DNA of 64,000 nucleotides from a virus, in IMG/VR virus record IMGVR_UViG_3300032309_002930, positions 22,886 through 86,885 of that record; one strand, given 5' to 3'. Made by a program: the position numbers and the translations under genes. Under the pieces are notes generated by a model. That model searched no databases and had not been told where the DNA came from. It saw only the letters and a list, made by a program, of their open reading frames with translations. Below are positions 58,534-64,000 of the stretch, one piece after another. Numbering within the stretch: position 1 is the stretch's first letter; every line of letters begins with the position of its first letter.

Positions 58534-59274
58534 TTATACATTTTCAAATGTTACTAATTTTTCAAATTCCTCTTGAGTGCTAGCTCTTCCCATATACCAA
58601 AAGCTAACATAAAATGCAAATTTTTTAACTACAGATTTAAGCCATTCATCTTGATCTTCTTCTACAGCATCATAAATAGCTAATCTCTCTTCAAATGAAC
58701 CATCTCCAAATAATGGAGCTTCTTTTCCATCTTTTTCAATTATAAATGATAACTGTAAAATCCACCATAGAATGGTTTTATTTCTAGCTCTATTTTCAGC
58801 AGTTTGATCAAATAAACTAGCTTGTGCGATTTCAAAATCTTGAATTTCTGTTCTTAGATTAATGATTTCAGCACTTAGTTTATCAAAATATTCTTGATCT
58901 TCTTTGCTTCTATCATTTTTATCTGTGGTTGATAATTTTTGAAATTCATTTTGCTTTTCAAATAATTTAATATAAAGTTCTGCATATTTGCCCTTATCTT
59001 GATCGCTTAAAGCGCCACCATCATTTGAGTATCTTTTAGAAAGCAATGACCTAGTTAATAAACCAGCTTTAATTCCTTCGGATAGTTTAACTGCATAAAA
59101 TAATTCTGCCTCTTCAAATAATCCTCTAGTTGGTTTTTTAATAAAAAATTTTCTTGGAGTTATTTCTTTGACTTTAGAGGTAATAGTAATTTCTTTACCA
59201 TCTTCATTTTTGGTTTCAGTTTTATCTACTTCTTGCTCTTTACTCATTGTAAATTCATATATTTTTTTATTCAT
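58534..59274 (-). CDS. Putative tail assembly chaperone
   Basis: FFIKKPTR..AEL.Y pattern; position upstream of TMP. Confidence 0.55.
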   Translation of the reverse strand: MNKKIYEFTMSKEQEVDKTETKNEDGKEITITSKVKEITPRKFFIKKPTRGLFEEAELFYAVKLSEGIKAGLLTRSLLSKRYSNDGGALSDQDKGKYAELYIKLFEKQNEFQKLSTTDKNDRSKEDQEYFDKLSAEIINLRTEIQDFEIAQASLFDQTAENRARNKTILWWILQLSFIIEKDGKEAPLFGDGSFEERLAIYDAVEEDQDEWLKSVVKKFAFYVSFWYMGRASTQEEFEKLVTFENV

Positions 59275-59277
59275 AAT

Positions 59278-59538
59278 TTATTCTCCTACTTTTAAAGATT
59301 CAATAAAACCTTTTGTTTTTTTATAGTTGGCATTTCCACCTATAAGTTTTATAAAAACATTTTGCTTTTCTTCGTTCCAAGAGCTATATTGATTTAAAAA
59401 ATTCTTATTTTTAAATGTATTTAAAGAAGGATTTTTGATTCCTAATTTATTCAATTCTCTTTGTATTGCTTGCATCTCCAAGTTTGCTTGGATAATCGCA
59501 TCAATAGGAAAACTAATGTATTTATTTTTCATTTTCAT
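59278..59538 (-). CDS. Hypothetical protein
   Basis: Short ORF in tail operon; exact start uncertain (59532/59538). Confidence 0.5.
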   Translation of the reverse strand: MKMKNKYISFPIDAIIQANLEMQAIQRELNKLGIKNPSLNTFKNKNFLNQYSSWNEEKQNVFIKLIGGNANYKKTKGFIESLKVGE

Positions 59539-59821
59539 CTTTAAATTCCATTTTAATAAAGTCAAAATTTTTCTCTATTTCTCTTATTGTTTCATTACCT
59601 ATATCAAGTATTTTCTTCCTTAAGTAATTATATTTATTCTCATCAAAATAGTCAATATTTTTTAATGTATTTTGATCTATTTTACTTGATATTTTATCTA
59701 TCATTGCATTGTGATCTTCTTGAATATCTTCTATTAAATTAAGATATCTTTTATATAAATTAACTAAACTTTTATGTATCTGAAAAGATACGTAATCTTT
59801 TACTTTATTATCGTTTTGCAT
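59522..59821 (-). CDS. Hypothetical protein
   Basis: 99-aa helical ORF after a GTGTAA motif (59860-59865). Confidence 0.6.
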   Translation of the reverse strand: MQNDNKVKDYVSFQIHKSLVNLYKRYLNLIEDIQEDHNAMIDKISSKIDQNTLKNIDYFDENKYNYLRKKILDIGNETIREIEKNFDFIKMEFKDENEK

Positions 59822-59866
59822 AACTTATACCTTTTAACCGACCTTTTACCTACATATCTTTACACT

Positions 59867-59892
59867 AAAAACCCCGCCGAAGCGGGGCTTTT
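59867..59892 (-). terminator. Intrinsic terminator with C(UUCG)G loop after the major tail gene
   Basis: - strand AAAAGCCCCGC-TTCG-GCGGGGTTTTT; U tracts on both sides, possibly bidirectional. Confidence 0.9.
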
Positions 59893-59916
59893 AATATCTA
59901 ATATTTACTATTTAGA

Positions 59917-61023
59917 TTAGAATCCTGCCTCTGTTCCTTCGATGAAGATTCCGTTATCAGAATCTGTTGGACCACCGATTTGAGCGCTAAATTGAAGGCT
60001 AACTGATTTGTTTGCTCCAATTGAACTTGTGAATGATTGAGAATCTAGCTTTGCTCCCTTGAAGTAGAACTTTAGAGCTTGCTTTGTGCTTGTGACTCCG
60101 CAACTTGCGCCCTTTAATGTAACTGCTAGACTATATTTTGAACAATCTGCATTCACCAAGGTAGCAAGATTATCAGCTTCTATATCGCCCAAAGTTGCCT
60201 CAATTGTCATTGTTGTGGTCAATGGGAATTGTAATGGTTTAGAGAAAGCAAATCTGCTTCCTAATTTTTGAATCTCTTCTCTTGTTAAGTCTAGGTTCAT
60301 GGTTACGCTTTGGACTTTTAAATCTGTATTGCTGATACCAATATCGCCAGAAACATCAACTGTGATATCTCCTGGTTTTAAAACTGATATGAAGTTTCCA
60401 GTAGAGATTCCGCTTATCTGGAAAAATTTATCAGATACACTACTTCCATCGGCTGTATTAATTGTTGGTACTGCTCCACTTGATGTTGAATAGAAACGCA
60501 TATTATATGCTTCTACATTAACAGTACTTGTGATAAAAGATCCAACGGCTGCATTTAGTGAGTAAGAACTTAAGAAGCCATTTCCAATACCGATTGTGCT
60601 TGAACTTCCTGTGATGGAAGTATTTGTATTAACATCTGAACCTTCTGGAGCAACCAAAATATAGTAATTCTTAACATCATTAATTCCTTGCATGATATTA
60701 ACTAGTGCTCCTGATAGATTAGCAGTACCAGTTGGATTAATATACAATCCTAAATTTGATTCATTTGTTCCTGTGGTTGTATAGTATGAAAAATCCAGAG
60801 CAACTGTTGGTTGAGCTAAAATAACACGATCTAATGCAGCGAGTTGTCCAAATTGATTTACATTCTCACGAGCTACATTAAAACTATAGTTTGCATTTTG
60901 AACTCTATGTAATTGAGCTAATGTTCCAGTTGTATAAAGTCCATTTGGTCCTGCGCCAGATACTCCTCCAGTTGGACCAACGAAAAGTGCCTCTGATTGA
61001 TAAATTACTCTATTTCTTGCCAT
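59917..61023 (-). CDS. Major tail tube protein (internally duplicated)
   Basis: RVQNANYSF..RE.V.QFG / KVQSVTMNL..REE..KLG repeats, strong SD AAGGAG, higher GC codon use, followed by terminator. Confidence 0.8.
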   Translation of the reverse strand: MARNRVIYQSEALFVGPTGGVSGAGPNGLYTTGTLAQLHRVQNANYSFNVARENVNQFGQLAALDRVILAQPTVALDFSYYTTTGTNESNLGLYINPTGTANLSGALVNIMQGINDVKNYYILVAPEGSDVNTNTSITGSSSTIGIGNGFLSSYSLNAAVGSFITSTVNVEAYNMRFYSTSSGAVPTINTADGSSVSDKFFQISGISTGNFISVLKPGDITVDVSGDIGISNTDLKVQSVTMNLDLTREEIQKLGSRFAFSKPLQFPLTTTMTIEATLGDIEADNLATLVNADCSKYSLAVTLKGASCGVTSTKQALKFYFKGAKLDSQSFTSSIGANKSVSLQFSAQIGGPTDSDNGIFIEGTEAGF

Positions 61024-61083
61024 ATTAAAATTCTCCTTAAGTTATACTGTTTATTACATTGTTTTTCTAGTAAAGAGAAATAA

Positions 61084-61935
61084 TTATGTTCTTGGATATC
61101 GAATATCTGATAGTTCAAAATCCACAAAAGCAGTAAATATTTCTGGATTAATATTTTTATACTCGTACCTAAAGGGTACGACTTTACTAACATTAACAGA
61201 TTTAATATAAATTAAATTAGGATAACTTATATTAGCTATTAAATTATTATAATTATAGTTATTATTTCTAATAATACCATAATTGTCAAAAGGCATATTA
61301 CTTTGAGATATTAAAGGAAGGTGCTTTCTAGCTGTATCTCTTAATATACTGCATACAGCATCTAATGAAAATAGATTATCTGCCATTATTATAGCTCTTA
61401 TTTGAATAATAGTCTCATCTTGACCTCCAAGAGCAAATGGCTTATTTTGTCCACCATTACTTTTTAAGAATATAGCTGGATAAGTTAAGGCAGATGTTGC
61501 AAGACCAGTAGGATTTTGATCTACTAGAGGATTTACTTCAAATTTAGTTTCAAATATTAATTGCTCTTCTGCTAAACTAGTTAAATATATATTAAAATCT
61601 TTAACAGCATAATTGCCACTAATAGTAACTGATGATTTATCAGATGAAAAGAATGAATATCCTATATTCGGATTAATACCAGAAAAATTACTATTTCCTG
61701 GGGTAGTATATATATTATTTAAATAAACTCCAGATATTATATTAGCACCATTAATAGATGCATCTGCCACTAATTGTTTAAATGGTACACCATATGTATA
61801 AAATCCATTTACCAAACTATCAACTGGATAGAAATTGCCAGAATAATTAGTAAAAGCTTCGCCCTTAGATAAGATTTCATGATCTATCCATAATAGCATA
61901 TTTGACATTAATATATTATCTTGTTGGGCTTTCAT
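61084..61935 (-). CDS. Putative tail terminator / neck protein
   Basis: Position upstream of the tube gene; YPAIFL, FALGG.D.T, FVDFEL. Confidence 0.5.
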   Translation of the reverse strand: MKAQQDNILMSNMLLWIDHEILSKGEAFTNYSGNFYPVDSLVNGFYTYGVPFKQLVADASINGANIISGVYLNNIYTTPGNSNFSGINPNIGYSFFSSDKSSVTISGNYAVKDFNIYLTSLAEEQLIFETKFEVNPLVDQNPTGLATSALTYPAIFLKSNGGQNKPFALGGQDETIIQIRAIIMADNLFSLDAVCSILRDTARKHLPLISQSNMPFDNYGIIRNNNYNYNNLIANISYPNLIYIKSVNVSKVVPFRYEYKNINPEIFTAFVDFELSDIRYPRT

Positions 61936-61936
61936 A

Positions 61937-62533
61937 TTATTTGTTTACTTTTAAATAAAATTTTGTCATTATCTCTGATATATATCTTACAGATATAAAC
62001 GCGCCTTGTCTAAATGATTTTTTAGATTGAAGACCTTTACCAGATCTGCTATTAGGAAACATCTTACCATAAATATAAGCTCCAAAACCAGATATACCAT
62101 TTTCAATTCCTTTTATCCAGCTTTGGCCTGGTTCAAATGGAAGATATCCAACTGATTCCACTTCTTCAATTGATGGTGCGGTGACTTGAAATTCAAATGA
62201 TAAATTATCACCTTTAATAATTTGTTCTTCTTTAGAATTTAATTCAACAGTTTTTAAAATTTCTTTAATTGGTTCAGTTGGATTTGCGTCTGGAGTAAAT
62301 CCAATGTAAGTAGTTAAGTTTCCATTTCCATTTAATGTTTGAGAAATATTTTCTGATTCAACTCCAGCTTCTAATTCTCTAGTAACAGGATGATTTTCAA
62401 AATCATTAATTAATTCTTGTTCAAGTTTTAATACTTCTTTTTCTGCAATTTTTCTGGCTTCTTTTTTAACAGAAGATAAATTGAAATTTTTTAATTCTTG
62501 ATATAAAACTGATTTGTCAATGGCTACTGGCAT
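61937..62533 (-). CDS. Putative neck / tail completion protein
   Basis: Position; SWIKGIE.GISG, basic Gly-rich C-terminus. Confidence 0.45.
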   Translation of the reverse strand: MPVAIDKSVLYQELKNFNLSSVKKEARKIAEKEVLKLEQELINDFENHPVTRELEAGVESENISQTLNGNGNLTTYIGFTPDANPTEPIKEILKTVELNSKEEQIIKGDNLSFEFQVTAPSIEEVESVGYLPFEPGQSWIKGIENGISGFGAYIYGKMFPNSRSGKGLQSKKSFRQGAFISVRYISEIMTKFYLKVNK

Positions 62534-62982
62534 TATGTAATCTCCTGTGCTATGAATTCGTAGTATTCAACAGAAAAATAATATTTTAAAGTTGCATGAG
62601 AAATAACATTAAAAGCTTTTCCATCAAATACAATTTTTTCTGTTTTTTCTTTTGAAATATAATCTTTAGCTGTAGAGTCTACAATCATGGTAACATAATT
62701 TTGACTTGAAACATATGATTGAATATCAGTGAGTAAATTTAAATCTTGATTATTATTGTATTTTATAACAGCATAAAAATCTTGGCTCCTTGGAATGTAT
62801 TCTATTTGCTGAGAAGTAGCTTGACCTTGTTGACCATAACCAAATAATTGAGTGGTTGTATTGTTTTTAATTTTTTTAATTGGTTCTTTATGAATGGTAA
62901 TAAGTCTTTTGAATGTATCAAACCATTGAGTTGCTGATTCAGAAAACCAAGCTTCATCATTTGCTGATATAAAGCTTGCCAT
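62533..62982 (-). CDS. Putative head closure protein
   Basis: Position and beta-rich pattern (FDTFKR.ITI, I.FDGK.F). Confidence 0.45.
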   Translation of the reverse strand: MASFISANDEAWFSESATQWFDTFKRLITIHKEPIKKIKNNTTTQLFGYGQQGQATSQQIEYIPRSQDFYAVIKYNNNQDLNLLTDIQSYVSSQNYVTMIVDSTAKDYISKEKTEKIVFDGKAFNVISHATLKYYFSVEYYEFIAQEIT

Positions 62983-62986
62983 AAGT

Positions 62987-63499
62987 TTATAAACTTTCTA
63001 TATTTCTACTATAGCTATAAGATCTACCTGGAGCTTCAATTGTATCATCTCCAGCAACTTGAAGCGGACGAGCTTCATTAAGATTATAATTCTTAGTTAA
63101 CACTTGCAACTCGTCCGCAATTTGTTTTCTAAGATCAGAATAAGTTTTTGCTAATTCATTTTTATTAACTCTTTTTGCTCTGAAACCATTTTGATCAATT
63201 TCAATTGTGCTATCTGTGCTAGCTGCGCCAAGTGCATTTCTAAAAAGTCTTTCATAATAGTGCATACTATAAATCATCTTAAATATACTTTTTTCTATAT
63301 CTTTAAATTCGTCACCACTATCTGCTTCTATGCCAATTTCAAGAGTATCATCAGTAATATAGAATTTTTTATTAATAAGAATATTAAGATCGCCAATATT
63401 AGTGCGTAACCAAAAAGCTATAGAGGCGATATTTAAATCTGATGGTTCGCCTAATTCACGATATATTTCATCTGCAATATCTACGATTTTATAGGTCAT
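62987..63499 (-). CDS. Putative head-tail adaptor protein
   Basis: Helical N-terminus, position at head of neck operon; GTGTAA 8 nt upstream (63508-63513). Confidence 0.45.
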   Translation of the reverse strand: MTYKIVDIADEIYRELGEPSDLNIASIAFWLRTNIGDLNILINKKFYITDDTLEIGIEADSGDEFKDIEKSIFKMIYSMHYYERLFRNALGAASTDSTIEIDQNGFRAKRVNKNELAKTYSDLRKQIADELQVLTKNYNLNEARPLQVAGDDTIEAPGRSYSYSRNIESL

Positions 63500-63530
63500 A
63501 ATAGATATTACACTATATAATAATGATTTT

Positions 63531-63974
63531 TTAGCTCAAATTTAAAAATGGATATAAAAATTGAATAGACCCAGTATTTAAGCCAGAACCATCATCAAGA
63601 TAACTATTATTTTCGCAAAAGCATAGTCTAAGGGTACAGGTCTGTGCTTTACCAGTAGTTCCGTCGTCTTGTGGAGTATTTACAAATGTTGGAATTGTAA
63701 CCCTATAACTTAAAAATTGCCATTGATTAAATACTGAACTTTGGTTTATTTCATCAAGTTTTTTAAACTTAATATATGCTGACCCAATCCATTGATTATA
63801 TGCTTCATAAGTTTTAGCTGGATCATATGTATTAAAATATGTATAAGTAGAATTATTTCCAAGAAGATTAACTCCACCACCATGTATTATTGAGTAATTT
63901 AAATAGCTATTAGAAAAAACAGGTGTAGATCTTGAAAAATTTATAGCAATTGCTCCAAAATTTAATGATCTCAT
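63531..63974 (-). CDS. Hypothetical protein
   Basis: 147-aa ORF, no motif recognised; start uncertain near window edge. Confidence 0.45.
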   Translation of the reverse strand: MRSLNFGAIAINFSRSTPVFSNSYLNYSIIHGGGVNLLGNNSTYTYFNTYDPAKTYEAYNQWIGSAYIKFKKLDEINQSSVFNQWQFLSYRVTIPTFVNTPQDDGTTGKAQTCTLRLCFCENNSYLDDGSGLNTGSIQFLYPFLNLS

Positions 63975-64000
63975 TGGGTCATTACTAGTTACTCTATAAA

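Noticed and set aside
58525-58560. Programmed -1 frameshift joining the two tail chaperone ORFs (lambda G/GT type)
   Set aside because: The downstream ORF is in the -1 frame but is open for only about 3 codons of overlap (TGA just upstream), and no X XXY YYZ slippery site is present; cannot be supported
762-63409. Short antisense or overlapping ORFs in the track (e.g. 762-986, 8676-9059, 15751-16119, 40762-41019, 57561-57917)
   Set aside because: They lie within well-supported genes, have no motifs or promoter signals, and look like shadow ORFs
1-64000. Stop-codon reassignment (alternative genetic code)
   Set aside because: Standard code gives full-length conserved proteins with dense packing; TAG and TGA both appear as genuine stops

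Overview
The window is about 64 kb of a very AT-rich, large tailed-phage genome with a long non-contractile (sipho-type) tail; no cellular housekeeping context was seen. Layout: (1) holin-like gene and class Ia ribonucleotide reductase nrdAB (- strand, 1-3.7 kb), preceded by a ~280-nt GC-rich, highly base-paired non-coding RNA candidate with its own sigma70-type promoter. (2) An ~15 kb glycan cluster of 18 ORFs (glycosyltransferases, RfbH, RmlB/C/D-like, Gmd, FnlA-like, methyltransferase). (3) A replication/recombination block: RecA, DnaB, ThyX, primase, Cas4-like nuclease, a DnaE polymerase split into PHP, exonuclease and catalytic genes, a putative non-OB SSB, two further glycosyltransferases and a Rad52/ERF-like annealing protein. 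(4) A tail/neck module (mainly - strand): tail tip J/I/L/M-like genes, three inverted tail-tube paralogues, a lectin/Thr-rich protein, a 2389-aa tape measure protein, chaperones, tube and neck proteins. Best candidates for novelty: the multi-helix pseudoknotted ncRNA at 3840-4120; a tape measure protein in which four G[FY]IPN[FY] repeats flank a PD-(D/E)xK nuclease-like cassette; a GTGTAA late-promoter motif plus apparently leaderless transcripts; and a probable virion glycosylation system. All family assignments come from motif recognition by eye, not from database searches.
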